A DNA stretch of 64,000 nucleotides from Octopus bimaculoides (lineage: Eukaryota): NCBI RefSeq assembly GCF_001194135.2, contig NC_068985.1, forward strand, positions 81,024,317 through 81,088,316. The letters run 5' to 3'. Position numbers and translations under genes: made by a program. Shown piece after piece: positions 14,045 to 27,839 of the stretch (position 1 is its first letter; every line of letters begins with the position of its first letter). Below the pieces are notes generated by a model. The model saw nothing but the letters and a program-made list of their open reading frames with translations. It was not told the DNA's origin and made no database searches.

Positions 14045-14275
14045 TCCTTTCTACCATAGGCACAAGGCCTGAAAATTTTTTTTTTTGTGGGATGGTGGTG
14101 GGGTAAGTTGATTACAGCAACCCCAGTACTTGACTGGTACTTAATTTATCGACCCTGAAAGGATGAAAGGCAAAGTCGACCTCTGCAGAATTTGAACTCA
14201 GAATGTAGCAAACGGGCAAAGTACCGTTAAGCATTTCATCCAGTGTGCTAACGATCCTGCTAGCTCGCTAACTTG
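14045..14275 (-). mobile_element. tRNA-derived SINE family B (GTCGACTTTGCCTTTCATCC...AAGTACCAG core)
   Basis: About 20 related copies in the window, e.g. 11040-11270, 11340-11555, 42535-42735, 46210-46420, 47545-47740 (all -). The core resembles the conserved Meta-type SINE domain (from memory, unverified). Confidence 0.85.
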
Positions 14276-14443
14276 ATGATAATAATAATAATTATAATAA
14301 TACCAGCATCTACCACATTTTGAGCTCTGTCATAATAGAATAGTTTGTAAGAGAACAGTGTAGATAGAATCATGTGCCAGAGATATTAATTCTGGAGTCA
14401 GATCACTTTGATTTGATTTTAAAGAGTTTTAGACTGCATTTTA

Positions 14444-14474
<31 letters not shown>

Positions 14475-15469
14475 AAAAATTAACCTAAAATAAAACAAGT
14501 AAACCTATAAACAAAGAAACATCTTCTAGCTGTAATCAAGATGCTTTGGTAGTTTAGTACTTTTCATAGGAAATAATGATATGCACAGAGTTATTAAGTT
14601 TGATTGATTTGAATATATATCAACAGATAATCTTTACCTTGTCTTCTTTCATTTTTTGTTTTTGTTTCCTAAATCAGCTATATTTGTTTTGTTTTGTTTT
14701 TATTTCATTTAAGAATATTGATCTCATTATTGATTCCATGTATATACAAAAATTATGGTTAATATTGTATCTTGATCTATTGGTGAAAATTTATGTTGTA
14801 TATTTCATGAGACTTGGTTGTATGACAATCTGAAACTTGGCCTACTTATCAGTATAAGTTTTATGATGGATACAAAGTGTAATTAACACTTGAGCCACTG
14901 GCTCAGTGACTGTATGATTTTATGACACTTAGTGATTGACGATGGATAAATGAGAGGTGAATAACAGCTCCAACATCACATCATCATCATCGTCATCATT
15001 TAACATCTGTTTTCTATGCTGGTATTGATTGGTTCGATGGTTTGACTGGAGCTAGTAAGCTCGAGAACTGTATCAGGCTCCAGTCCATTTTGGCTTGGTT
15101 TCTGTGGCCGGAAGCCCCTCTTAATGTCAACCACTCTACTGAGTCTGCTGGATGTCTTTTACGTGTCATCAGCATGGGTGCCTCTTATGTGTTACCAGCA
15201 CCGGCCACAACCATGATTTCACTTAGCTTGACTTGTCTTCTCAAGCATAACAAATTGCCAGTAGTTCCAGTCACTAGGCTGAGATGACAGTCACAGTAAT
15301 GTGTAATAGCTTTTGAACGCATCAGATTTTATTTTTTTACTTGTTTCTGTCATTGGATTGCAGCCAAGCTGGGGTACAACTTTGAAAGAATTTTAGGTTA
15401 TCAAATCACCATCAGTACTTAATCTTTTAAGTTTGATACCTTTTCTATTGCACTCTTCTTAGGAGGACT

Positions 15470-15770
15470 GCTAAGCATCAGGATTGTTGATATTGCAGCT
15501 CTTTCTGAAACAAGATTTTCAGATGAAGATCACCTTGTCAAAAGAGCAGCAGGTTTCACATTATTCTGAGTTGGGAAGCCGAGGGGAGAGAAAAGGGAAG
15601 GTGGTGTTGGGTTTGCAATTAGAAGTGATTTGCGAAAAGATCTAGAACAACCACAAAGGATAAATACACGTATAATGAAACTCTGGATCCCTCTTTCTTG
15701 TGGACATTTTGTAACTGTTTTTTCTATCTATGCTCCTACACTTTCAGCTAGTTCTGAAGAGGAAGACCAA
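15470..15770 (+). mobile_element. RTE-type APE endonuclease fragment
   Basis: Translates DIAALSETRFSDE...GFTLF*VGKP..EKREGGVGFAIRSDL...RIMKLWIPL...FSIYAPTL. Confidence 0.85.
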
Positions 15771-17569
15771 CCATTACAGTCTTTTCTGTGTTGAAGATTG
15801 TCTGGAAAGATAATCAGTTATGGCAAAGCCTAGTATTTCTAGATAAAGCAAATATGCTCTTGGTAAAGTATTTCATATTTCCCTGCACAAAATATAAGCA
15901 GTTGTTCCTAATCAAACTATTATTTATATATCTTATTATTAACTCTGTTTTAGGTACAGATGTGTCTGTCCAGTAAGCAGTTTTCTTCCTAACCATATGG
16001 TTCTGGGTTCAGTCTCACTGCATGAAACTTTGAACGAGTGTCTTCTACTATAGCCTCAGGTTGACCAAAGCCATGTGACAGGATTTGGTGGATGGAAACT
16101 TTAAGAAGCCTGTCATATATATAAAGGTGGCAAGCTGGCAAAATCATTAGCGAAATGCTTAGTGCTATTTCATTTGCTGCTACATTCTCAGTTCAAATTC
16201 TGCCAAGGTTGACTTTGCCTTTCATCCTTTCAGGATCGATAAATTAAGTACCAGTGGAGCACTAGGGTCAATGCAATTGACTGGTCCCCTGCCACCAAAT
16301 TTCAGGCCTTGTGCCTTAGTAGAAAGGATTATTAGCTTTGTTGCATTAGTCTCTAGTCTGACTTGGTCTTTAGATTTAATTGTAGGATATTCTTGACAAT
16401 AATATTTGTTAATTTTCTCCATACCTTTTTGTTTGGCTATTGTTTGCTCTGCATGAATATAGCTTCAAGGCTTCAGAATAAGAATGGAATTTTTACTGAG
16501 AGAAAATAAAAGACACACTGTGAATGAAAGGTGTGAAATGTCTCAACAAACCAGCTCAGAGGGAAGTCACTGATATGGAGGAAATATATTATACATGGGA
16601 ATGGGTGTTTAAAGAAATAGAATTATAGAGATGGTGGACTCAGGTTACAGTAATTAAAAGCAAGACAAAAGTGATAATGCAAATTGATATAGGTATGGTG
16701 GGTATGTTTTAAAGTGAATACGACACTGGTCAAGAAGGTGTAAAAAAAGCCATAGGACACTGCAGTAACAAAGAAGAGATATAAGGTAAAGAAAATGAGA
16801 TTTGGGATCAAAGTTTGAAGCTAGTTTGTCATGTCAAGTTTTGACTATCAAACAAATATCTATGAGAAACTCATTCAATAGCAATTGATAATTTGGAAAT
16901 AAATTCTTTACATTTTTAAATTCTTATTTTTGGATTTAAACAAACAATCTATAATGATATTTGTGTGCATTTACAAATAAGATCCTATTAACACATTACC
17001 AAAGCCTTGACTAAAATCTTAGGTGTCATAAGTAAAAGGGTTGTTCTCATCTTTTGGTAAATGGTATGCTATTATTTCCTCATAAGGATAAAGAAATTAT
17101 GTGATAATTATATATTCATGAAATTATCATTTGTGGTAAAGATTCTAGGTGTCAGAAGTAGGATGGAAAATATTTGTAGGTGTAACTTTGGAAGAAAATC
17201 TATTAGATAATTAAATATGGCATTGAAAACTTGAAATATCAAATAAAAAAAATATGAATAATAAAAAGAAAACTAAAAACCAAAAGAAGGAAGGAAAATT
17301 TTTATTTTAGAAGTCTTGATTTTGTTTCAGCTGATCTCAAATTAGTAAACCTGACTAAATAGCTGAAAATCAATTATCAACAATTATATTTTTGATAGCA
17401 GAAACTTTCCAAGCAAATATACTGTTCCTAGTTCTTTTTGTTTTTTATTCTGAATTTGTTGTACCAAATTAGATGCTATATTACTTTTTGTTCATTATTT
17501 TAATCTTAGTGACCAAAATATATGTACCTTCACTGTGTATGTATATATATATGTGTGTGTTTGTGTATC

Positions 17570-17963
17570 TTTTATCTTTCACTTGTTTCAGTCTTTACAC
17601 TGTGGCCATGCTGGAGCATTGCCTTGGAAAAGTTTTTAATCAAATTAATCGACCCCAGTACTTAGTTTTTTTTTAAAGCCTGCTACTTATTCTATTAGTC
17701 CCTTTTTGCCAAACCGCTAAGTTACAGGGACGTAAACACACTAGCATTGGTTGTCAAGTGGTGGTGGGGGATGAACACAGACACAAAGGCACATGCACAC
17801 ACACTCACACACATACACATGATAGGCTTCTTTTAGTTTCCCTCCATCAAATTCACTCACAAGATTTTGGTCAGCTTGAAGCTATAGTAGAAAACACTTG
17901 TCCAAGGTACCACTCAGTGGGACTGAAGCTAGAATCATGTGGTTGGGAAGCAAGCTTCTTCTT
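17570..17963 (-). mobile_element. SINE family A copy
   Basis: Reverse complement of family A. Confidence 0.85.
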
Positions 17964-18849
17964 AAATGAAAATATTATTGACAGTGACTTCAAACTTTTG
18001 GTCAGTTAAGCCATCATCACTCTGTGATGCATTGAAGTTAATCTTGGCTATATATAGTCTCTGTTGAGTTAAAATTTTCTTGGGTATTTGGGTTTGAGTG
18101 GAATGATAATTAGGTTTAGGGTGGGTTGTGAAAGAGAAATACTTTGGAGAAAATTTGGGATTATATTATTGTTTGGAATTTATTCATGTATATAGAACTT
18201 TTTAAGCAAGTGTGTATGTGCTTGTAAAAGTATGTACGTAAAACGTATGTATGTGTTTGCTGTATCGTTTCTTGTACTGGTTTGCTGTAGATCCTATAAA
18301 TGTAGATATAATAGTTGGTGTCATGTTCATGGTTATCATTGCACTAAATATTTCTTGAGATATAGATTCTTTCAAGAGAGCAGGATGAAGATGTTCTACT
18401 ATTGCAATTGTTATTATGTGTGTCATTTAGGTTTTACCTTTTAGACATTTTTTTTTTTTTGTAATTGGTTACAATTTTTCTCAAAGTTGTTGGTAGTGGA
18501 GTATGGCAATATTATGTTGTGTTTGTTTATTATTTAGTAGTATTTGTGGTTGGGATAGAAGTGTTTTTGCTGTATTTTAAAAAATAATTTAACTATTGGT
18601 GTGGAGACTTGTATGTTGAAGGAGGGATTAAGCCAGATGATTTTCCTTTTTCTATTCTTATGCATTTTATTTGTTGTGGGAGGTTTGTTTTTACGTATAG
18701 CACTTTTTCCTTGTAACTTTTGTTATTGAGAACTTTATTATATGGGGTTGCTACTTCGTTTAGATTTTTTGATGTTATTATTATTATTATCATTATCATC
18801 ATCATCATCATTATTATTATTATTATTATTATCATTATCATCATCATCA

Positions 18850-19075
18850 TCATCATCGTTTAACGTCCGCTTTCCATGCTAGCATGGGTTGGACGATTTG
18901 ACTGAGGACTGGTGAAACCGGATGGCAACACCAGGCTCCAGTCTGATTTGGCAGAGTTTCTACAGCTGGATGCCCTTCCTAACGCCAACCACTCAGAGAG
19001 TGTAGTGGGTGCTTTTACGTGTCACCCGCACGAAAACGGCCACGCTCGAAATGGTGTCTTTTATGTGCCACCCGC
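18850..19075 (-). mobile_element. RTE-type 3' tail element (SINE or LINE end) with (CAT)n tail
   Basis: CATCATCGTTTAACGTCCGCTTTCCATGCTAGCATGGGTTGGACG...GGATGCCCTTCCTAACGCCAACC. Relatives at 7490-7950, 14975-15275 (-) and 42105-42230 (+). Confidence 0.85.
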
Positions 19076-19261
19076 ACAATTATTATTATTCAGGTCACTG
19101 CTTGGAATCGAACTCAGAATCTCGGGGNNNNNNNNNNCGAAAACGGCCACGCTCGAAATGGTGTCTTTTATGTGCCACCCGCACAATTATTATTATTCAG
19201 GTCACTGCTTGGAATCGAACTCAGAATCTCGGGGTTAGTAGCCCGTGCTCTTAACCACTAC

Positions 19262-19500
19262 AGGCTTATGGCTTAGTGGTTAAGAGCACGGGCTACTAAC
19301 CCCAGGATTCTGAGTTCGATTCCAGGCAGAAACCTGAACAATAACAATAATAATAACATCGAAAAATACCTTAGGAATGAGAACCCAAGTTCGAAATTTC
19401 CCCAAGACACCTGATGAAAGCTGGAGGGTATATCAGCTGAAACATTGTGTTAACAACAAACAAGATGAGGACAAATATCCATCAAATGTAAATTATGTAA
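19262..19500 (+). mobile_element. tRNA-headed element ending in a Penelope-type terminus with hammerhead-like motif
   Basis: TAGTGGTTAAG A-box and GAGTTCGATTCC B-box, then ACAC-CTGATGA-A-AGCTG(loop)CAGCT-GAAAC-ATT-GTGT at 19407-19450. Confidence 0.7.
19407..19450 (+). ncRNA. Minimal type I hammerhead ribozyme-like motif (probably degenerate)
   Basis: Core CTGATGA and GAAAC, 5-bp stem II AGCTG/CAGCT, 4-bp stem I ACAC/GTGT. The cleavage triplet is ATT rather than GTC/GTH, and there is one extra A after the core. Confidence 0.55.
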
Positions 19501-19832
19501 ATAATGTATTTCCCTTTCAAATTGAATTGTTTATTGTTTTTTTATTTACCAAATAAATAATGAAAAGGAAGTGTCCTTTATGGTATTTTGTATTTCTAAA
19601 CGTATGCTTCAGAATTTGAATTGGTTACCTTTAAGACTAATGTAAATATCTTAAGAATTTGCATTGAAAATGTGTATTTTTTTTTCTAGCTGCTTTAAAG
19701 AAAAGACATTGATAATATTGTGGTTACAGTTCCCATTATTTACATTTATTGAAGGTTTGCTAAATCCCTTTATGTTATAAGAGGTTAGTCTGTCTGTACT
19801 TACTATCCTCTTTTACATACTATTTTACTTAC

Positions 19833-20003
19833 ATACAACGGATCATTGATCATGATTTTCACAGTATTTTTTTTAATGATTTTGTTATACTTAGGGAGCT
19901 GATATAAATATTTAGTTGAAGCTTCAAAGAAAAGCTTTGCTGTTAGTATTTTTACAGCAGTATTAATTGTGTTGCTATATGATATTGTTTTGCATTTTCT
20001 GTT
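19833..20003 (-). CDS. Candidate exon on the minus strand (57 codons, NRKCKT...INDPLY)
   Basis: CTAAC branch-like motif plus TTGCAG acceptor, GTAAGT donor, 171 nt open. No recognisable domain. Confidence 0.22.
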
Positions 20004-20074
20004 CTGCAATTGTTAGTTGGCCTATTGTTTACATTGTAATCAATTATAGAGTGAGTACAATTTATATATATATA

Positions 20075-21214
20075 CCATAAAAACCCATGTAATTTTCACA
20101 TCTGTGTAATTTATGCAGGTGATTTTCAGGATAACAATTGTTAAAAAAAGCTTCTACTTATGTAAAATTCACACCCAAAAGTTTTCAGAATTGCTGATAT
20201 GTGATCAAATCATGATCACAGGAAAAGTTGTTGATAATTTTTATCAACAAAAACAAAGCTGATAAATATGCACGTGTTGCAAAATAAGTTCAATTACCAA
20301 TAAACATCAACTTAGATGACACTTTACTCAACCGACAGAGGAAGGTAACCGATCAAACTTATTATGTAAACAGAATTCTGATTGGTCGAAAGTGTCTTCT
20401 TGTCTCAAGCTCTGATTTTCTGCCTATTCTTGTTGGAACCTTTGATACAGAGTATCGAATTTTAATCCCTTTCACACTTATAAAATGTCAAGCAAACTTT
20501 AAAATTTGTCATTACCATTTTAGCCAGGAGACAAAACTGATAGTTTGGTAACCCACTAAAATAAACATTAAAAATCAAAAGGAGAAAATAAACAGCTTTG
20601 CAAGTTTAACTCAGTGTTTATTGAACAAGAGAGGCGTGAAATTTAAGGTGCAACTTGTCAGAATATACTCGTCTGCAAGGAGACAAACAAGAATACCAAA
20701 AATCTACTATACCAAAGGAACTGGTAATACATACATTAAAAGTGCTGTATGAAGAGAACATAAGATTGCTGCATAATTCAACATGAATGTGAAATGACAT
20801 CAAACATCGTATAAGGTAAATGAAGGTTTTTAAGGAAATTGCAGGGCTTCATTGCGATAGGTAGAAACTCCAAGCAATGTAAAATATGGCCCAGACCATG
20901 ATTATCAGCATGAATGTCAAACTTCAAAAAGTAGCCAACCATTTAATGGTTTCAGTAAATTTATGCAGAAAAAGTAAGCGTTATACCATCTAGCATAAAT
21001 AAAAGTCAACTTCATTGTATTTTTTTTTTGTAAAAACCTATTCTGACATTAAATGAGTCAACTTCCCATTTGAATGTTTACATTTGTATGTCATTTTTTC
21101 AGCAAAAAACAATTCTAAAAAAGTTCTGGAAATAATCAACTCATATAGTTTGTGTACCTACTAAAGTTTATTTTTGTTTTTGCAAAAAATGTGTGTAAAT
21201 TACATGAGTTTTTA

Positions 21215-21217
<3 letters not shown>
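20075..21217. mobile_element. Non-autonomous DNA transposon (Tc1/mariner/pogo-like TIRs) in (TA)n
   Basis: Left end CCATAAAAACCCATGTAATTTTCAC versus reverse complement of right end CAGTAAAAACTCATGTAATTTACAC. TA on both sides. Confidence 0.7.
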
Positions 21218-21253
<36 letters not shown>

Positions 21254-22270
21254 CAATGTCATTAAATATTTACTTATTAGTAATTAGGTATGAAAATTGC
21301 AGAGATATGGTTTTAACAATATTATTTATTAAATTTTTGCAGTGGTTTGAAGGAAACAGTTGAGATTTTGATTTTGCTTATACTAAGTGTAATATAAAGA
21401 ATTATTTTGAGTTATATCTTGGAAATTTGAATCTGAAATATGGTTAGTGATTTTTAATCTGTGTTCATGGAAGAACAGATGTAGTCCTTTCCCTGAACAT
21501 CTAAATAATAACAGCAAAAAGAAGCTGATATGGTATAATCCACTATTTGGCTTCAATGTTTGCTCCAGTATTGTCTATTCTCTCTTAGACTTTTGATGAA
21601 CAAACATTTTCCTTCTAAGTTTGATAAAATTTTAAAAATTAATAGCATTATGCTGAGTTACAATTGTACTGATAATTCCTTTTCTTAGCTAGAATTAATA
21701 TAAGAGAAATGTATACATAAACAAAATTTGAACCTACAATCTATTTGCTTGCTTGCTATACCCATCTCCTAAATAGTAAATACCTTCATAAAAATTGTTA
21801 TATTCTACACAAAGGTCTCAGCCTATAATGATAAAAGTAGTTTTGTTGGTTTTAAAAATATTACTTTGAAATCCAAGTATAACTAGCAATATTTTCATTT
21901 AAACATGAAAGAAAAAAGAAGTACAACCCTCTCCAATCACATCCTGTATCTGAAGGACAATGGTATTCATAATTACAGTATTGACTTGTCTGCACCTATG
22001 GTTTCAAATATCTCTTCCCCTCTATCATATGATCAGCACAACCATTACAACTTCTAGATTCAAATTAAGGATTGATCTCTTCAGGTTCTCATCAAATAAA
22101 GTTTATATTTATGACATTCTCACTACGAAATAAACACCATTCTTCACCATTGTAAGATCTTACCTCTCATCTTTCTACACTTATGAGAACTTCAGATCTT
22201 ACGATAATTTGCCAGTTTTTTACACTACCATGTTTCATCTATTTGTTTTTCTGTCATATAGTCTTCCACA

Positions 22271-22659
22271 GTGGAGGCGCAATGGCCCAGTGGTTAGGGC
22301 AGCAGACTTGCGGTCATAGGATCGCGGTTTTGATTCTCAGACCGGGCGTTGTGAGTGTTTATTGAGCGAAAACACCTAAAAGCTCCACGAGGCTCCTGCA
22401 GGGGATGGTGGCAAACCCTGCTGTACTCTTTCACCACAACTTTCTCTCACTCTTACTTCCTGTTTCTGTTGTACCTATAATTCAAAGGGTCAGCATTGTC
22501 ACACTGTGTCATGCTGAATATCCCCGAGAACTATGTTAAGGGTACACGTGTCTGTGGATTGCTCAGCCACTTGCACGTTAATTTTATGAGTAGGCTGTTC
22601 CGTTGATCGGATCAACTGGAACCCTCGACGTCGTAAGCGACGGAGTGCCAACAACAACA
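22271..22659 (+). mobile_element. Young tRNA-derived SINE family C with target-site duplication
   Basis: A-box TGGCCCAGTGG, (CAA)n tail, perfect TSD AGTCTTCCACA at 22260-22270 and 22660-22670, many CpGs retained. Confidence 0.92.
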
Positions 22660-23053
22660 AGTCTTCCACATTACTGTCTTTTGCCAGTAAATTCATATTA
22701 TAGACACGTTTTTAGAGAATTGGACTGGTTAATTTTAAACTGGGTCCACTCCTGTCAACAACCACACAAAGACATAGAGGTACTGTCACCTACTGAGGTA
22801 GTAGTCATGGTGATGCACATGTGACCCTAAGCAACAGTTTGTCAAGAAACCATACAAAACTCCTACATGAGATAATCCACATGATATTGTAGCATACCTC
22901 AATACTGCCTTACATACCTCTGTTTATCGCTTTATATATTTATACATATAGCAAAATGCTAGTTGAGATCACTCAGGCATCACCATGGTTATTACCATAA
23001 TAGATGATAGTATCCCTGTGAGTATGTGGGCATGTGTGTGTGTGTGTGTGTGC

Positions 23054-23129
<76 letters not shown>

Positions 23130-23458
23130 TAGAATCATGCTTAAACATATATGCACACAACCACTTTGACAGTGAAATTAAATCATTGTATCACTATGCT
23201 ATTAACCCACACACTAACTAGAATACTTCCAGGTATTTATATATTCATGCACATATGCATGTGGACAGGCTATAATATACATTCACCTTTTCTCTTGTGT
23301 GTATTTACTATCCATTTATGAGACATATGAATATGAATGAGTGTGATTCATGCAAAGAAACACAATCTCTTTCCTGCCACTGTCATCTGGGTAGGTTAAA
23401 ATCATTATAAACAGGGATTTTGTGTTTGTGCATGTGTGTGTGTGTGTATGTATGTATG

Positions 23459-23496
<38 letters not shown>

Positions 23497-25786
23497 ATAT
23501 GTATTATATGTATATATATGGACATGTATGTATATGTATATACATTTATATGTATGTAAATGTATATATATGTATATGTAAATATATCTGCGTATCTATC
23601 TATCTATATATATATATATATATATAAATACACATATTATACATACATACATACATATACATATATATATATATTTAGGCACAATATCTTTTATCTGGAG
23701 TACTTAGAAAACTTGATATGTATTATAAATTATATGATATGGAATATTTGATAACAGTTATTAAGTTTTGTTGATAATTTTGTTCTTTGTAAATTTTAAT
23801 GATTCTTTTCAAAGGACAAAAGTCCCTGCTGACTTGCTAATGAAAGAAGGCCTTATGTTTAAAATATTTATTTGGGGAAAAAGCATTAAATGTTACCTAA
23901 TGCTATTATTTGTTTTATATTACTTTTTCAGCATCGGCATGCGATTATCAGGGAAAAAAATCTCTGATGCCAAAATAGATTTGAGTATTTAGTGAGTTTA
24001 TTATTCGTTAGAATGTTTGTGTACTAAAATCAATGCCTCAGAGATTATCAAAAGTGTTCAGTTAAGCTGCAAAATAGTGAGATTAATTAATTGATCAATT
24101 ATTCATGATTGTTGGGTATGGCTGTGGTGTTGCCAGTGATAACGATGCGGGTGAGGCTTACCAAATTGTGTCTTTGTCTCTGAAATATTCTTGGATAGAT
24201 TCTCTTCTTTTCTTTCCTTTTAAACAGCAGTTCCCATTATTTCTGACAAAGTTCATGATCCTAACATCTAAGTTTTTTTCTTCCTTCATTTCATTATATC
24301 ATCATTAATTGTATTTATTTCGTATTGGTAGTGACTTTATTTACTTTATTATTCTAACTTTCTCTAATATCTAACTTTTCAAAGTGCTATATCTTAAATA
24401 AAATATATAAATAAATGAAAAATCACAGTACTAGTCAAAACATGATGTTATTATTATTTTAAGCATCAATGAAAAAAAAATGCATATTAGATTCGTTAGT
24501 CAATGTATCAAGTCTATCACTTGAAAAAGTAGAGGTGAAATTGGCACTCCCAAGAAGCTTGTGAGATGAGCTCACCTGCTATTAAGTTAGCACCTCTGTT
24601 GCCTGTTCTTAAAGCAAAAACGTAGGTGACCTAATGCTAACTTCACACATTTGTGAGATGTGGCAATAAACTTCTTGGAGTGGAAAAATAAAAAAATAAA
24701 AAGGAGGACATTATGGATATAGTGGCAAATTATTTTGATATGTATTGTAATATCACACATCAAAGTCAACTTTAATCAGATATTCTTTTGCATATTTAGA
24801 ATAGAAAGTTATGATTTTCATTTCTGATTTCTTTTCCAATACAAATATGCACTTAAAATATCACTTAATATTTCTGGATATTTTTGAAAATCTCTACTCA
24901 AAGACAACTCCTTTTCTCTGCTAATTGAGAAAAACAACAGCTTATTCTTTTTTCTTTTTTACATAGAGTATTTACAAGGTAAAGTGATACATATACACAA
25001 AATTTCTCTAATAAAAATATATTTCATTTAATTTACATCATATCATGAATATCATGTGATGATGTTTTGTTGTATTAGCATAAAAAGAAAATAATAATAT
25101 TAATGGGAGATCAAATAAAAATTTTCATATTAATTTAATTTATTAGGCTAGACATGATTATAATGTACTGGTACTAGACAAAAAAAAAAAGAAAGAAAGA
25201 AAGAAAAAAAAGAAATGCAAAGGCTTTAAGATTATTTGCCAGGACAAAGTGTTGAGTTAGACTCACCTTCTAATCCATATGGGCAGTTTTGGAAAAAGGA
25301 AGATTTAGTTGACAGACTGAACATATTTAGTTCACATTAGAATTTAATGACTTATCCATTATTACTAAGGTGTTGACAATTCTTCTCTTTAGGCAATTTT
25401 ATACTTTTTAAAATGCATTTTGGGGTCTTTTGTAGGGATTTGGGAATATTTAAGATTTTCTTTTTGCCTAGTCTTAATTTGTGCTTAGTTAATTAAACAT
25501 CATATACTAGTTGGGGCAAAAGTAAATTTGAATCAGGACAAAACTATTTCATTTTCTATAATCACATGAAACACACTTTTCCCCATGCTGTCTCACTTTC
25601 TCCCTTCCACTCTCTCTCTCATTGAATTCTCTCTCTTTCTCATTCTCTAAATATAATATATATATATATATANNNNNNNNNNNNNNNNNNNNNNNNNNNN
25701 NNNNNNNNNNNNNNNNNNNNNNNNNNNNNNNNNNNNNNNNNNNNNNNNNNNNNNNNNNNNNNNNNNNNNNNNNNNNNNNNNNNNNN

Positions 25787-25844
<58 letters not shown>

Positions 25845-26194
25845 ATGTGTGGAGGCATATGGCTTTATGGCTAGTGTGTTGCACTCATGATTATATGATA
25901 GTGATTTAATTCCTGGGTTGAGTGTTACACTGTGTTCTTCAGCAAAACACTTTATTTCATGTTGCTCCACTCTACTCTGCTGGTGACAGACAGGTGTCCT
26001 GTCCAGTGGGTGAAATATATATGAAGTCTGCTAAAAAAGTATTGGGACTGTTGTTATGGCAACAGAGTTAAAATACACAGTGCAGCTGCTTGGCACAAAT
26101 TGACCTTAAACTCTGTTGCACATGTACACTAAGTTATAACATTCTTGCTCACTACCATTGTTTATATCAATGCTTGGAAGTAAATTGTGTAGTC

Positions 26195-27799
26195 TCAACA
26201 CATTACAGAGATTCCATCAGTGGCCATCATGACAGAAAATTGAGCAGAGAATCTGCATCAAGGTTTGCCAAAGACTTGATGATCCCTAAGCAGAGACCTA
26301 TGTTAAGTTCCAGCAAGTATATGGAGTAAGGGTACGAGTGGTTCAAACGTTTTCAAGATGGCCAACAAAATGTTGACAGTGACTCATTGATATATTCTTT
26401 CACTTGTTTCAGTCATTTGATTACGGCCATGCTGGAGCACCACCTTAACGGGTTTTCAGTTGAAGAAATCCACCCCAGGATTTATTCTTTGTAAGCCTAG
26501 TATTTATTCTATTGGTTTCTTTTGCTGAACTGCTAAGTTACAGGGATGTAAACACACCAGGAAAACACAGACACACACACACACACACACATAAATATAT
26601 ATACATATACATATACAGGGGTTTGACAAAATAATGGAAACACCTTAAAATTTTAAAGAAATTAATTTTAATATGGGATAGGACTGCCTTTGGCAGTAAT
26701 TACAGCTTGAATTCTATGAGGTATTGATCGTACAAAGTTTGAATTGTTTCCAAAGGAATTTTTGTCCATTCTTCAGCTAGAATAGTCTCCAGTTCTTGTA
26801 GTGATGATGCTGGAGGATATCGACTCCTTACTTGTTTTTCTAAAATGTACCATAAATGTTCAATCATATTGAGATCTTGGGACTGTAGTGGCTAGATAAG
26901 ATGTTCAACTTCACTAGAATGTTCCTTGTGCCATTCAGTAACAAATTTAGCTGTGTGAATTGGTGCATTATCATCCTGAAAGATTGCATTTCCCCCCAGA
27001 AGCAGTTCTGCAACCATAGGATGAATTTGATCAGATAAAATGCTTAAATTATCTTGACTATTAATTCTGCCATGAAGAGGAACCATTGGGCCGGTGGATT
27101 TCCAAGATATAGCCCCCCCCCCACACACACCAGGTCTTCACAGATCCTGCTCCATGTTTAACAGTTAGAAGAAGGCAGTCTGGGTCAAATGCTTCCTTTG
27201 GCTGTCTCCNNNNNNNNNNNNNNNNNNNNNNNNNNNNNNNNNNNNNNNNNNNNNNNNNNNNNNNNNNNNNNNNNNNNNNNNNNNNNNNNNNNNNNNNNNN
27301 NNNNNNNNNNNNNNNNNNNNNNNNNNNNNNNNNNNNNNNNNNNNNNNNNNNNNNNNNNNNNNNNNNNNNNNNNNNNNNNNNNNNNNNNNNNNNNNNNNNN
27401 NNNNNNNNNNNNNNNNNNNNNNNNNNNNNNNNNNNNNNNNNNNNNNNNNNNNNNNNNNNNNNNNNNNNNNNNNNNNNNNNNNNNNNNNNNNNNNNNNNNN
27501 NNNNNNNNNNNNNNNNNNNNNNNNNNNNNNNNNNNNNNNNNNNNNNNNNNNNNNNNNNNNNNNNNNNNNAATTTAACCTCTTTGAAAGTCTGATAGATCT
27601 GTCATTTTAATGAATTTTAATTACCTTTTTCTGATGATATCTGAAAAGAAACAGCAGTTTTAGCAAAACGTATTAAGCAATACTAATAATAAATAATAAA
27701 TAAAAAAACATAAAAATAAACAAGCTTTTGATGAGTTGATAGATATTTTAAAATTATGATGCTATGATGCTAGGTGTTTCCATTATTTTGTCCAACCCC

Positions 27800-27839
<40 letters not shown>

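Noticed and set aside
19274-19330. Apparent tRNA with ACT anticodon-like loop
   Set aside because: No proper acceptor stem, and it continues into repeat body. It is a SINE head, not a tRNA gene.
21343-21442. Exon-like segment with an in-frame TGA (WFEGNS*DFDF...), possible selenocysteine
   Set aside because: No selenoprotein motif and no SECIS evidence. Most likely a pseudo-exon.
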